Origin: Auanema rhodensis
Lineage: Eukaryota; Animalia; Nematoda
Direction: 5' to 3'
NCBI GenBank assembly: GCA_964057225.1
Contig: OZ059898.1
Location: forward strand, 10,354,001-10,418,000
Length of the DNA: 64,000 nucleotides
Position 1 is the first letter of the stretch, and every line of letters starts with the position of its first letter. Both the position numbers and the translations under genes were made by a program. Shown one piece after another: positions 1 through 11,783 of the stretch. The notes under the pieces are model-generated. The model did no database searches. It saw only the letters and a program-made list of their open reading frames with translations, and was not told the origin of the DNA.

Positions 1-3000
1 AACGGGAAATCACGCATAGCACCCAAAAATAAAACTACAATTCCACGATTAGAGTTACTAGCCATTCGTTTAGCTGTACGAATGGCATTATCTATCGTCA
101 CCATATGTCCGAAAATAGCGAAAGTTAACATTGTGAGCGATAGCAACATCGCACTATCATGGATTGTCTCACAAAAATCTCTCCCACTGTTCATTAATAA
201 TCAAACAAATACTATAAAGAAACAACTCAAGCAAATCGAACAAATATGTTGCAATATAGAACTATATCACGTACAAACCTCGTTCAACACAGCAGACATC
301 GGATCTCGAGGTGCAGACATGGAAAAACTACAAGTTTCCGACTGGATTGAAGGCCCACATTGGTTAACTAAACTTTCCGTGCATAACCCTCTGACATCAC
401 TCGGCTCACCTAACAACTCGAGCAGGAATAACGCAGAATTAAAATCGGAGCATCACAATGTTGTCCACATAATCATAGACAATCCTCCAACCCATGATAT
501 TTGGAACATTCGTGAAAACTATGATGACGTGATCAAAACAATGACAACCGTAGGGAAATTATTCAAGAAATGGTTTTTCACAGTCCATCCTAACGACGCC
601 AACAAGTTGCAAAAAATAAAACATCTCACATCAACAGACACGCACACTGTTGAAGACATCAACATTATTGAAAAAATTTTGATCAGTAACAGTCAATCTA
701 ATATGAGCCTTGATGACTTACAGCAAAGACATATAAATCTAAAATTCTTCAAAGATACATGGGATATTTATCGCGTAAGAAGCCGTTTACAAAATACTCT
801 TCTTCCCGAAGAGACGAAAAACCCTATATTCCTTCTTAAAACAAACCCCATAGTTAAAAAACTGATCAACAAAATACACAAAGACAATAATCATCAAGGC
901 AAACATTTCACGCTTATTCAACTCAGACAAAAGTTCTATATACCAAAAACAACCGGAGTCATTAAGCAAACATTGAAAAACTGTGTGACATGTAAAAGAT
1001 TTCAATCACACCCTTATGAATTACCAGATATGCCATCGCTACCAAAAGATAGAACGATTCTTACAAGAGCATTCTTTTCAACAGGGTGTGATCTTATGGG
1101 CCCCTTCACCCTTCGAAATGGGTCTAAAGTCCATATCTGTCTGTTTACATGCATGACAACTAGAGCAATTCACTTAGAGGTAGTCACCAATCAATCCACA
1201 GTTGCTTTTATGAATGCATTCACTAGATTTATATCACGCAGAGGTACTCCAGAAATTATGCGTAGTGACTGCGCAGGAAACTTTATATTGAGCTCAAAAA
1301 TATTAGAAACCCTTGAAAAAACATCGGATTACAACGAAAGAAGCTTACTAAACACACTAGCACAACAAAAAATTAAATGGATATACAACACTCCATTATC
1401 ACCCTGGAAAGGTGGATGTTGGGAACGTTTAGTAGGTGTAACCAAAGCTTCACTCAAAAAATGTTTCATTCCTAGTCGAATGTCCCTGGATGACTTACAC
1501 ACAGCCATTGTAAAAATAGAAGCTATAATTAATACACGCCCACTCACCCATCCACACCCAGATAATTTAGATACTCTACCCATAAGGCCAATTGACTTTT
1601 TAACATCAGCCATAAAGTTTTCATTACCTGAAAACAACGCGGATACTCATATATTTGATATCCTTAGCGATATTCAAACGATTCAATCAACAGAGCAAGC
1701 GCTAGAAGCGCTTCAATTATCAGAAGACTCAGCATCTAAATTTTGGAAACGATTTCAAGAAGAATATCTAACAAGCTTAAAAGATATATTTAAGCATAAA
1801 CACCATAGAAAAAATCACACAAACATCTTCCCCCAACCAGATGAAATAGTATTGATACAAAACGACATGTTGCCACGAGGAACATGGAAACTAGGTCGCA
1901 TCATTGAAACAATCACTAGTTCAGATGGCAACATACGTTCAGCAAAAGTTGCAACAAGCAACGGAAACATAATTACTCGATCTATCAATCAGCTCTATCC
2001 ACTAGAGATAAGATGCAACACTAGCAACAACAAAATCATAGAAGACAACTCACACATAGTCCAAGAAAATAATAGCTCAACAGATAGAATACCACATACT
2101 GATACCGTATTAGACAACATACACTCCGATCATCCTATAGAACATACAGATGAAACAATACATGAGAACAATAACATAAATGATAGCAACCATAATTACG
2201 ATATTGCATATGAATCAGATAACTCTCAACATGATAATACATACACTCCAGAAACAGAGAATAATGAGGATGCAACAAATGATCGACCTCAAAATAAAAC
2301 AAAGCTATCATCAGTAAAAACAGCAAAATATACAGAACAAGATGAGGTCACTGAGAAGGAAAATATAAAAGCCTTCCCACTAAAAATGTCCTATGCCACA
2401 CACCAAAGAAAAAATAAAATAAACCCAAAAATAGCAGCTGACATAATGAAAGCCCTTTCATTACCGATTATAATTACTTCGACGTATGCCGAAGAAATCA
2501 ATAGTTGCAAGGACTCTAACATGTTCACCACAAAACTTATAGCGAATCCTCATTGCTCCCCAGAAATGGCAACATGGACAGTGATAATAACCATTATGGC
2601 AGTTACCCTCATAGTCTCTTGTCTATGCCGCATGGGTTACAGCCAATATAGATATAAGACATGGTCCAGAAACACTCAAACCATGCTCAACATCATGAAA
2701 TTAAAACATAAAACAATCTCCGAACAAGAAGATCATGAAACTGATCAAAAAATAACAGAAGACCACAATGATACGTTGCAATTAAAACAAACGAACACAC
2801 AAGACGCTAATATTGTGGATCATGAAACCTTTCAAAAGCATATTTACCCTATTTTAAACCATACGAGAAAGCCACCAAAATTCTCTCTCTTTACTAGAGG
2901 GTCGCAAACATCTTTACCATCGTTACTGGCAATCATCTTGGCTTTATGTATTGGAAGCTGCAGTTCATGTTCCGATGTTCATGTTCAACACTTCGTTAAC

Positions 3001-4458
3001 ATACGATGCGATGACAACTTAGCTTGTTATCACGAATACAGTCAAGATATCATATTTTCTCCCGGAACAAAACAATTATGCATTACCATAACGCATTCTA
3101 ATCATGAAATTGGTCAATTTAAAATAACTAAACTATATACTGAACATGTCTGCCAGAAGAATACTAGATACTTCACTAGACAGACAACCGTCAACATATT
3201 GAGCATATTACGATGCCGTCACCGGGGCTCGTGTGACGGAACATGTGAAACTAACTCGCTTCATAATAAAATCGAGGAACTACAACCATATACGTTCCCT
3301 TCACAATCAGGTTGCTTCACATCGTCAGCAAGATTTTACACATGTCCTATGATTTGGACAGATCCGTGCCTTTTCTACAAAATAGAGCATATACCCGTCA
3401 CTGAGGAAGTATACGAAGTCTATACTTGTGATAGTTGGTCCACCCAAACCGTATTTAATATAGAAACAACATTACTCCAGCAGAAAAATAATTACAATAT
3501 CACTCTACAACCTTACACGAAAAATCGTGAACAACTTTTCAATATAACAACGTTATCACAATCACAACCTCCTCCAGAAATGTACACAAAATTATTTTTT
3601 TCCTCCAAAGAAAACACGTACATTACGGATATACACACAAAGGGAATAATTCAATGTGGAACAGAGGAAGCCGCATTAAAACATTTTAATAACTGTACAG
3701 TATCCTCATTCTGCCCTTGCACATTCAATAGATTTGATGACATAAAATGTAGGTGTGATACCCCTACTTTTGAAAAAATGTCCAATACATCAGACATAAA
3801 ATCTCCTAACCAAAACTTTAAAACTAAAGATAACACGTTATCATTCTCTACGAATTTAGACGAAAATTTAGTTACGGTCGATTCATCCCTATTCTTAAAC
3901 TCAGTGATCTTCTCCAACAATTTGCCCTGCGCACCTGCCCTGACAAAACTATCAGGTTGCTACTCCTGCGGGCAGGGTGCATTCGCAGAATTCCAATGCC
4001 TTACGGCAGAAGAAACATGGATTTCTATCGAATGTCAAAAAGAAGTATTCATGATAAAATGCTCTCCAAAAGTAGCAATCACAAAAGTAACAATGAAAAG
4101 AGAAAATTCTCAGATTGATGAATTATGCTATACCACATGCGACAATAAAAAAATTAAGATCATTATTAAAGGAATATTACATCACATAGCAAGCATAGAT
4201 GAAATAAACGAAAGTGACTCAAGTAAGGGTACAGAATCCAAATCCATTGACTTTGCTCCAATCTTCAAGTTAATTTTATCAAAGTTGGGAATCATATTGA
4301 TAGGTGTTGCAATAACCGCCACCATAGGATATGTGGCATGTACACCCATCATGTACTGTGTAGTTTTGAATACAGTCTTAACCACACAATGGATAGCTAC
4401 CAGGATATTCACACTGTGGATAAAATCAAAAGCCTTATTTCGGGATCAAAGATTTTAA
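1..4458 (+). CDS. Polyprotein, partial (RNase H C-term, integrase, DUF5641-like, Gn remnant, phlebovirus Gc-like envelope)
   Basis: Frame is open from base 1 (NGKSRIAPK...TIPRLELLA). Motifs: NTADIGSRG; HHCC (IHKDNNH...CVTC); DDE (DLMGP, RSD, WERLVG); FWKRFQEEYL...WKLGRII; Cys-rich ectodomain with SGCYSCGQGA and C-terminal TM. The ATG at 82 is internal. Confidence 0.95.
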   Translation, partial: NGKSRIAPKNKTTIPRLELLAIRLAVRMALSIVTICPKIAKVNIVSDSNIALSWIVSQKSLPLFINNQTNTIKKQLKQIEQICCNIELYHVQTSFNTADIGSRGADMEKLQVSDWIEGPHWLTKLSVHNPLTSLGSPNNSSRNNAELKSEHHNVVHIIIDNPPTHDIWNIRENYDDVIKTMTTVGKLFKKWFFTVHPNDANKLQKIKHLTSTDTHTVEDINIIEKILISNSQSNMSLDDLQQRHINLKFFKDTWDIYRVRSRLQNTLLPEETKNPIFLLKTNPIVKKLINKIHKDNNHQGKHFTLIQLRQKFYIPKTTGVIKQTLKNCVTCKRFQSHPYELPDMPSLPKDRTILTRAFFSTGCDLMGPFTLRNGSKVHICLFTCMTTRAIHLEVVTNQSTVAFMNAFTRFISRRGTPEIMRSDCAGNFILSSKILETLEKTSDYNERSLLNTLAQQKIKWIYNTPLSPWKGGCWERLVGVTKASLKKCFIPSRMSLDDLHTAIVKIEAIINTRPLTHPHPDNLDTLPIRPIDFLTSAIKFSLPENNADTHIFDILSDIQTIQSTEQALEALQLSEDSASKFWKRFQEEYLTSLKDIFKHKHHRKNHTNIFPQPDEIVLIQNDMLPRGTWKLGRIIETITSSDGNIRSAKVATSNGNIITRSINQLYPLEIRCNTSNNKIIEDNSHIVQENNSSTDRIPHTDTVLDNIHSDHPIEHTDETIHENNNINDSNHNYDIAYESDNSQHDNTYTPETENNEDATNDRPQNKTKLSSVKTAKYTEQDEVTEKENIKAFPLKMSYATHQRKNKINPKIAADIMKALSLPIIITSTYAEEINSCKDSNMFTTKLIANPHCSPEMATWTVIITIMAVTLIVSCLCRMGYSQYRYKTWSRNTQTMLNIMKLKHKTISEQEDHETDQKITEDHNDTLQLKQTNTQDANIVDHETFQKHIYPILNHTRKPPKFSLFTRGSQTSLPSLLAIILALCIGSCSSCSDVHVQHFVNIRCDDNLACYHEYSQDIIFSPGTKQLCITITHSNHEIGQFKITKLYTEHVCQKNTRYFTRQTTVNILSILRCRHRGSCDGTCETNSLHNKIEELQPYTFPSQSGCFTSSARFYTCPMIWTDPCLFYKIEHIPVTEEVYEVYTCDSWSTQTVFNIETTLLQQKNNYNITLQPYTKNREQLFNITTLSQSQPPPEMYTKLFFSSKENTYITDIHTKGIIQCGTEEAALKHFNNCTVSSFCPCTFNRFDDIKCRCDTPTFEKMSNTSDIKSPNQNFKTKDNTLSFSTNLDENLVTVDSSLFLNSVIFSNNLPCAPALTKLSGCYSCGQGAFAEFQCLTAEETWISIECQKEVFMIKCSPKVAITKVTMKRENSQIDELCYTTCDNKKIKIIIKGILHHIASIDEINESDSSKGTESKSIDFAPIFKLILSKLGIILIGVAITATIGYVACTPIMYCVVLNTVLTTQWIATRIFTLWIKSKALFRDQRF

Positions 4459-4760
4459 AAGCATAAGAGAAGAATTTCTTGTGGAGATAAAATTTAAAAT
4501 TAAAAATTGAAATAATAATGAAACAAAAGAAAAAGAAAGCATTATGTACGAATATAACCATTGTAATAAAACAATATCATTGTTTTTCTTTCTTTTCAAT
4601 TTATGGTAGTATCAAGTTTCTTTTATCCAACTCAGTTACATAACACATAACCTTTTGTACAGGCTCTAAAATTCATTGTATCTGTAACAAGATAACCTAA
4701 ACACACCATTGTACAATGAACTAATAGATGTTAATCAGCGTTTAAAGTCCAGATGTGAAC

Positions 4761-5267
4761 ATGTATATAAGGATGCAGATCATGTCTTTCCTATATTCCA
4801 TGAAAATGGAAGATATTGTCTCGAATATAATTGAGAATGCTTCCTTTGAGGAAGAGCTCAAAAAATATTCCCATCTACCTAACACTGCTGCCAATCTGAG
4901 GCAACTAATTGTGCTTGAAAAGAGGCTCTACGAGCACCTAGCTAGCGCGGTGAACCATCTATCCGAACGACTGGACAATATTCAACATTCGTTAAATCTG
5001 AAACTAGACAATTTGACCATTCAGACTGCTCCTAAAGCTTCATGTGTATTCTGCAATAAACCGACAGCTGATGGGCACCGTACTGCGGCCTGTCCGATTT
5101 ATCCTTCCTCACCGGAACGCACTCTCCGTCTTCATGAACTGGGGTTATGCATCAGATGTTTGAATCAAAAACATCCAGCGATATGCGAGGTATCCTGCTA
5201 TAGATGTAAGGCGGATACGCATCATGGAGTGGTTTGTGGAGATATAAAACGTAAAAGACCTTTGTAG
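4761..5267 (+). CDS. Accessory ORF: predicted helical/coiled-coil region plus three CCHC zinc knuckles (nucleocapsid-like)
   Basis: ORF track starts at GTG 4755, first ATG 4761. CVFC-x7-H-x4-C, CIRC-x4-H-x3-C, CYRC-x4-H-x4-C, ending in basic KRKRPL. Same translation in copy 2. True start uncertain, may be spliced. Confidence 0.8.
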   Translation: MYIRMQIMSFLYSMKMEDIVSNIIENASFEEELKKYSHLPNTAANLRQLIVLEKRLYEHLASAVNHLSERLDNIQHSLNLKLDNLTIQTAPKASCVFCNKPTADGHRTAACPIYPSSPERTLRLHELGLCIRCLNQKHPAICEVSCYRCKADTHHGVVCGDIKRKRPL

Positions 5268-5361
5268 GCCTTCTTCTCATTCCCGAATTGCCGGGAGTGT
5301 CGCGATAAGCGAGTGAGTTTGTATAATTTTTTTATCTTCAACAATTGTTTTATTTGTTTCT

Positions 5362-5364
<3 letters not shown>

Positions 5365-5420
<56 letters not shown>
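5365..5420. repeat. (TC)28 microsatellite in LTR
   Basis: Direct count. Confidence 0.9.
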
Positions 5421-5424
<4 letters not shown>

Positions 5425-5594
5425 TTCTTCTAACTTCCTAAGTAATTTTTATCCATACCACATGTTGTGTTATACATGTGGCATGACTAACTCTTTGTTT
5501 CAGGCTGACGACCGCCCACGAGAAGAGATCAGTCTTACATTTTTTAACGTTCGCAGTCAGTGATTCTATTCCGTGCTTGTCTTGTTAATTCATC

Positions 5595-5600
5595 AATAAA
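5595..5600 (+). promoter_or_regulatory. Probable polyadenylation signal in LTR
   Basis: AATAAA followed by T/GT-rich tract (CTTTGTGTTTTATTT). Confidence 0.6.
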
Positions 5601-6868
5601 CCCTTTTCTACATATTCGCTTTGTGTTTTATTTCCAACCATACTATACACTTGCGGTATAACGCCACAAAGAGATTTGTAAGTTTTAGAAAAGAATTAAA
5701 GTTCAGCTATCTCTACTATTAACTGATTATCGGCTAAAATAAGGTAACAGTTTTTATTGAAAGTTTCCATGATTAAGATTAAACAAAGAAAAAAAATCAA
5801 AGAGAAACACTTCTTGTTTACTTATTTGATTATAACACTTGAAATTCCAACAAAAGTAAAGTAAAACTGTTAAAGCGAGTAAAACTGTTGAACGATTTGA
5901 AGACAATTGTAAGTTGAAGAAAAAAATTAAAGTTCAGCTATCTCTACTATTAACTGATTATCGGCTAAAATAAGGTAACAGTTTTTATTGAAAGTTTCCA
6001 TGATTAAGATTAAACAAAGAAAAAAAATCAAAGAGAAACACTTCTTGTTTACTTATTTGATTATAATACTTGAAATTCCAAAAACAGTAGAATAAAATAG
6101 AGAAAGCGACGAAAAAAGTTGAACGATTTGAAGAGAATTGTAAGTTTCAGAAAAGAATCAAAGTTCAGCTATCTCTACTATTAACTGATTATCGGCTGAA
6201 ATAAGGTAACAGTTTTTATTGAAAGTTTCCGTGATTAATATTAAACAAAGAAAAAAAAATCAAAGAAAAACACTTCTTGTTTACTTATTTGATTATAACA
6301 CTTGAAATTCCAACAAAAGTAAAGTAAAACTGTTAAAGCGAGTAAAACTGTTGAACGATTTGAAGACAATTGTAAGTTGAAGAAAAAAATTAAAGTTTAG
6401 CTCTCTCTACTATTAACTGAATGTCGGCTGAAATAAGGTAACAGTTTTTATTAAAAGTTTCCATGATTAAGATTAAACAAAGAAAAAAAATCAAAGAGAA
6501 ACACTTCTTGTTTACTAATTTGATTATAACACTTGAAAATCCAACAAAAGTAAAGTAAAACTGTTAAAGCGAGTAAAACAGTTGAACGATTTGAAGAGAA
6601 TTGTAAGTTTTAGAAAAGAATTAAAGTTCAGCTCTCTCTACTATTAACTGAATGTCGGCTAAAATATAGTAACAGTTTTTATTAAAAGTTTCCATGATTA
6701 AGATTAAACAAAGAAAAAAAATCAAAGAGAAACACTTCTTGTTTACTAATTTGATTATAACACTTGAAAATCCAACAAAAGTAAAATAAAACTGTGAAAG
6801 CGGGTAAAACTGTTGAACTAAAACAGTCTTTATAAAATATAAATGATATTTTTTTATAAAAGTGAAGT

Positions 6869-6939
6869 TGCATCGGCCGGGAATCGAACCCGGGTCGCCC
6901 GCGTGGCAGGCGAGCATTCTACCACTGAACCACCGATGC
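6869..6939 (-). tRNA. tRNA-Gly(GCC), consensus
   Basis: 71 nt GCATCGGTGGTTCAGTGGTAGAATGCTCGCCTGCCACGCGGGCGACCCGGGTTCGATTCCCGGCCGATGCA. Full cloverleaf, A and B boxes, no encoded CCA, T4 downstream. Confidence 0.95.
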
Positions 6940-7964
6940 TTCTAAAATGTTAGATTGTTTCCGAAAAATTATGAAAAGTCAAGTTCTACTGATTTGAAGA
7001 GAATTGTAAGTTTTTGAAAATAATTAAAAATTAGTTCTCTCTACTATTAACTGATTGTCGGCTAAAATATGGTAACAGTTTTTATAAAAAATTTCCATGA
7101 TTAGGATTAAACAAAGAAAAAAAATCAAAGAGAAACACTTCTTGTTTACTTACTTGATTATACTACTTGAAATTCCAACAAAAGTAAAGTAAAACTGTTA
7201 AAGCGAGTAAAACTGTTGAACGATTTGAAGACAATTGTAAGTTTTAGAAAAGAATTAAAGTTCAGCTATCTCTACTATTAACTGATTATCGGCTAAAATA
7301 AGGTAACAGTTTTTATTGAAAGTTTCCATGATTAAGATTAAACAAAGAAAAAAAATCAAAGAGAAACACTTCTTGTTTACTTATTTGATTATAACACTTG
7401 AAATTCCAACAAAAGTAAAGTAAAACTGTTAAAGCGAGTAAAACTGTTGAACGATTTGAAGACAATTGTAAGTTGAAGAAAAAAATTAAAGTTTAGCTCT
7501 CTCTACTATTAACTGAATGTCGGCTGAAATAAGGTAACAGTTTTTATTAAAAGTTTCCATGATTAAGATTAAACAAAGAAAAAAAATCAAAGAGAAACAC
7601 TTCTTGTTTACTAATTTGATTATAACACTTGAAAATCCAACAAAAGTAAAGTAAAACTGTTAAAGCGAGTAAAACAGTTGAACGATTTGAAGAGAATTGT
7701 AAGTTTTAGAAAAGAATTAAAGTTCAGCTCTCTCTACTATTAACTGAATGTCGGCTAAAATATAGTAACAGTTTTTATTAAAAGTTTCCATGATTAAGAT
7801 TAAACAAAGAAAAAAAATCAAAGAGAAACACTTCTTGTTTACTAATTTGATTATAACACTTGAAAATCCAACAAAAGTAAAATAAAACTGTGAAAGCGGG
7901 TAAAACTGTTGAACTAAAACAGTCTTTATAAAATATAAATGATATTTTTTTATAAAAGTGAAGT

Positions 7965-8035
7965 TGCATCGGCCGGGAATCGAACCCGGGTCGCCCGCGT
8001 GGCAGGCGAGCATTCTACCACTGAACCACCGATGC
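7965..8035 (-). tRNA. tRNA-Gly(GCC), consensus
   Basis: Same as consensus. Confidence 0.95.
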
Positions 8036-9985
8036 TTCTAAAATGTTAGATTGTTTCCGAAAAATTATGAAAAGTCAAGTTCTACTGATTTGAAGAGAAT
8101 TGTAAGTTTTTGAAAATAATTAAAAATTAGTTCTCTCTACTATTAACTGATTGTCGGCTAAAATATGGTAACAGTTTTTATAAAAAATTTCCATGATTAG
8201 GATTAAACAAAGAAAAAAAATCAAAGAGAAACACTTCTTGTTTACTTACTTGATTATACTACTTGAAATTCCAACAAAAGTAAAGTAAAACTGTTAAAGC
8301 GAGTAAAACTGTTGAACGATTTGAAGACAATTGTAAGTTTTAGAAAAGAATTAAAGTTCAGCTATCTCTACTATTAACTGATTATCGGCTAAAATAAGGT
8401 AACAGTTTTTATTGAAAGTTTCCATGATTAAGATTAAACAAAGAAAAAAAATCAAAGAGAAACACTTCTTGTTTACTTACTTGATTATACTACTTGAAAT
8501 TCCAACAAAAGTAAAGTAAAACTGTTAAAGCGAGTAAAACTGTTGAACGATTTGAAGACAATTGTAAGTTTTAGAAAAGAATTAAAGTTCAGCTATCTCT
8601 ACTATTAACTGATTATCGGCTAAAATAAGGTAACCGTTTTTATTGAAAGTTTCCATGATTAAGATTAAACAAAAAAAAAATCAAAGAGAAACACTTCTTG
8701 TTTACTTACTTGATTATACTACTTGAAATACGAAAAAAAGTAAAGAACAATTGAGAAAGCGACATAAACAGTTGAACGATTTGAAGAGAATTGTAAGTTT
8801 AAGAAAAGAACTAAAGTTTAGCTTTGTCTACTATTAACTGATTATCGGCTGAAATATGGTAACAGTTTTTTATTAAAAGTTTCCATGATTAAGATTAAAC
8901 AAAGAAAAAAAAATCAAAGAGAAACACTTCTTGTTTACTAATTTGATTATAACACTTGAAATTCCAACAAAAGTAAAGTAAAACTGTTAAAGCGAGTAAA
9001 ACTGTTGAACGATTTGAAGACAATTGTAAGTTGAAGAAAAAAATTAAAGTTCAGCTATCTCTACTATTAACTGATTATCGGCTAAAATAAGGTAACAGTT
9101 TTTATTGAAAGTTTCCATGATTAAGATTAAACAAAGAAAAAAAATCAAAGAGAAACACTTCTTGTTTACTTATTTGATTATAATACTTGAAATTCCAAAA
9201 ACAGTAGAATAAAATAGAGAAAGCGACGAAAAAAGTTGAACGATTTGAAGAGAATTGTAAGTTTCAGAAAAGAATCAAAGTTCAGCTATCTCTACTATTA
9301 ACTGATTATCGGCTGAAATAAGGTAACAGTTTTTATTGAAAGTTTCCGTGATTAATATTAAACAAAGAAAAAAAAATCAAAGAGAAACACTTCTTGTTTA
9401 CTTATTTGATTATAACACTTGAAATTCCAACAAAAGTAAAGTAAAACTGTTAAAGCGAGTAAAACTGTTGAACGATTTGAAGACAATTGTAAGTTGAAGA
9501 AAAAAATTAAAGTTTAGCTCTCTCTACTATTAACTGAATGTCGGCTGAAATAAGGTAACAGTTTTTATTAAAAGTTTCCATGATTAAGATTAAACAAAGA
9601 AAAAAAATCAAAGAGAAACACTTCTTGTTTACTAATTTGATTATAACACTTGAAAATCCAACAAAAGTAAAGTAAAACTGTTAAAGCGAGTAAAACAGTT
9701 GAACGATTTGAAGAGAATTGTAAGTTTTAGAAAAGAATTAAAGTTCAGCTCTCTCTACTATTAACTGAATGTCGGCTAAAATATAGTAACAGTTTTTATT
9801 AAAAGTTTCCATGATTAAGATTAAACAAAGAAAAAAAATCAAAGAGAAACACTTCTTGTTTACTAATTTGATTATAACACTTGAAAATCCAACAAAAGTA
9901 AAATAAAACTGTGAAAGCGGGTAAAACTGTTGAACTAAAACAGTCTTTATAAAATATAAATGATATTTTTTTATAAAAGTGAAGT

Positions 9986-10056
9986 TGCATCGGCCGGGAA
10001 TCGAACCCGGGTCGCCCGCGTGGCAGGCGAGCATTCTACCACTGAACCACCGATGC
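9986..10056 (-). tRNA. tRNA-Gly(GCC), consensus
   Basis: Same as consensus. Confidence 0.95.
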
Positions 10057-11079
10057 TTCTAAAATGTTAGATTGTTTCCGAAAAATTATGAAAAGTCAAG
10101 TTCTACTGATTTGAAGAGAATTGTAAGTTTTTGAAAATAATTAAAAATTAGTTCTCTCTACTATTAACTGATTGTCGGCTAAAATATGGTAACAGTTTTT
10201 ATAAAAAATTTCCATGATTAGGATTAAACAAAGAAAAAAAATCAAAGAGAAACACTTCTTGTTTACTTACTTGATTATACTACTTGAAATTCCAACAAAA
10301 GTAAAGTAAAACTGTTAAAGCGAGTAAAACTGTTGAACGATTTGAAGACAATTGTAAGTTTTAGAAAAGAATTAAAGTTCAGCTATCTCTACTATTAACT
10401 GATTATCGGCTAAAATAAGGTAACAGTTTTTATTGAAAGTTTCCATGATTAAGATTAAACAAAGAAAAAAAATCAAAGAGAAACACTTCTTGTTTACTTA
10501 CTTGATTATACTACTTGAAATTCCAACAAAAGTAAAGTAAAACTGTTAAAGCGAGTAAAACTGTTGAACGATTTGAAGACAATTGTAAGTTTTAGAAAAG
10601 AATTAAAGTTCAGCTATCTCTACTATTAACTGATTATCGGCTAAAATAAGGTAACCGTTTTTATTGAAAGTTTCCATGATTAAGATTAAACAAAAAAAAA
10701 ATCAAAGAGAAACACTTCTTGTTTACTTACTTGATTATACTACTTGAATTTCCAAAAACAGTAGAATAAAATAGAGAAAGCGACGAAAAAAGTTGAACGA
10801 TTTGAAGAGAATTGTAAGTTTCAGAAAAGAATTAAAGTTCAGCTATCTCTACTATTAACTGATTATCGGCTGAAATAAGGTAACAGTTTTTATTAAAAGT
10901 TTCCATGATTAAGATTAAACAAAGAAAAAAAATCAAAGAGAAACATTTCTTGTTAACTAATTTGATTATAACACTTGAAAATCCAACAAAAGTAAAATAA
11001 AACTGTGAAAGCGGGTAAAACTGTTGAACTAAAACAGTCTTTATAAAATATAAATGATATATTTTTATAAAAGTGAAGT

Positions 11080-11150
11080 TGCATCGGCCGGGAATCTAAC
11101 CCGGGTCGCCCGCGTGGCAGGCGAGCATTCTACCACTGAACCACCGATGC
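11080..11150 (-). pseudogene. tRNA-Gly(GCC) C56A variant, probable pseudogene
   Basis: T-loop TTCGA to TTAGA (B box). Confidence 0.75.
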
Positions 11151-11712
11151 TTCGAAAATGTTAGATTGTTTCCGAAAAATTATGAAAAGTCAAGTTCTAC
11201 TGATTTGAAGAGAATTGTAAGTTTTAGAAAATAATTAAAAATTAGTTCTCTCTACTATTAACTGATTGTCGGCTAAAATATGGTAACAGTTTTTATAAAA
11301 AGTTTCCATGATTAGGATTAAACAAAAAAAAGAATTAAAGAGAAACACTTTTTGTTTACTTATTTGATTATAATACTTGAAATTCCAAAAACAGTAGAAT
11401 AAAATTGAGAAAGCGACAAAAACAGTTGAACGATTTGAAGAGAATTGTAAGTTTTAGAAAAGAATTAAAGTTCAGCTCTCTCTACTATTAACTGAATGTC
11501 GGCTAAAATATAGTAACAGTTTTTATTAAAAGTTTCCATGATTAAGATTAAACAAAGAAAAAAAATCAAAGAGAAGCACTTCTTGTTTACTAATTTGATT
11601 ATAACACTTGAAAATCCAACAAAAGTAAAATAAAACTGTGAAAGCGGGTAAAACTGTTGAACTAAAACAGTCTTTATAAAATATAAATGATATTTTTTTA
11701 TAAAAGTGAAGT

Positions 11713-11783
11713 TGCATCGGCCGGGAATCGAACCCGGGTCGCCCGCGTGGCAGGCGAGCATTCTACCACTGAACCACCGATGC
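11713..11783 (-). tRNA. tRNA-Gly(GCC), consensus
   Basis: Same as consensus. Confidence 0.95.

Larger units (their letters stand above)
1..5668 (+). mobile_element. BEL/Pao (Belpaoviridae-like) env-containing LTR retroelement, copy 1, 5' part outside window
   Basis: Colinear with copy 2 at offset 58,237 bp. Encodes end of RNase H, integrase, env and accessory ORF; ends in LTR ...CGCCACA at 5668. Confidence 0.96.
5298..5668 (+). repeat. 3' LTR of copy 1 (371 bp)
   Basis: TGTCGCG...CGCCACA termini. Matches 54108-54482 and 63535-63883 except for (TC)n length. AATAAA at 5595-5600. Confidence 0.96.

Noticed and set aside
1-5668. Copy 1 as a segmental or assembly duplicate of the copy 2 insertion
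   Set aside because: Right junctions differ (AAGAG vs TAAGT, 10 bp apart in the target), and the copies differ in SNPs and microsatellite length.
6819-6990. tRNA cassette as a SINE or mobile insertion
   Set aside because: Full-length tRNA with native-looking upstream flank and terminator, no CCA, no tail or TSD, and always at the same monomer position. This fits tandem amplification rather than retroposition.
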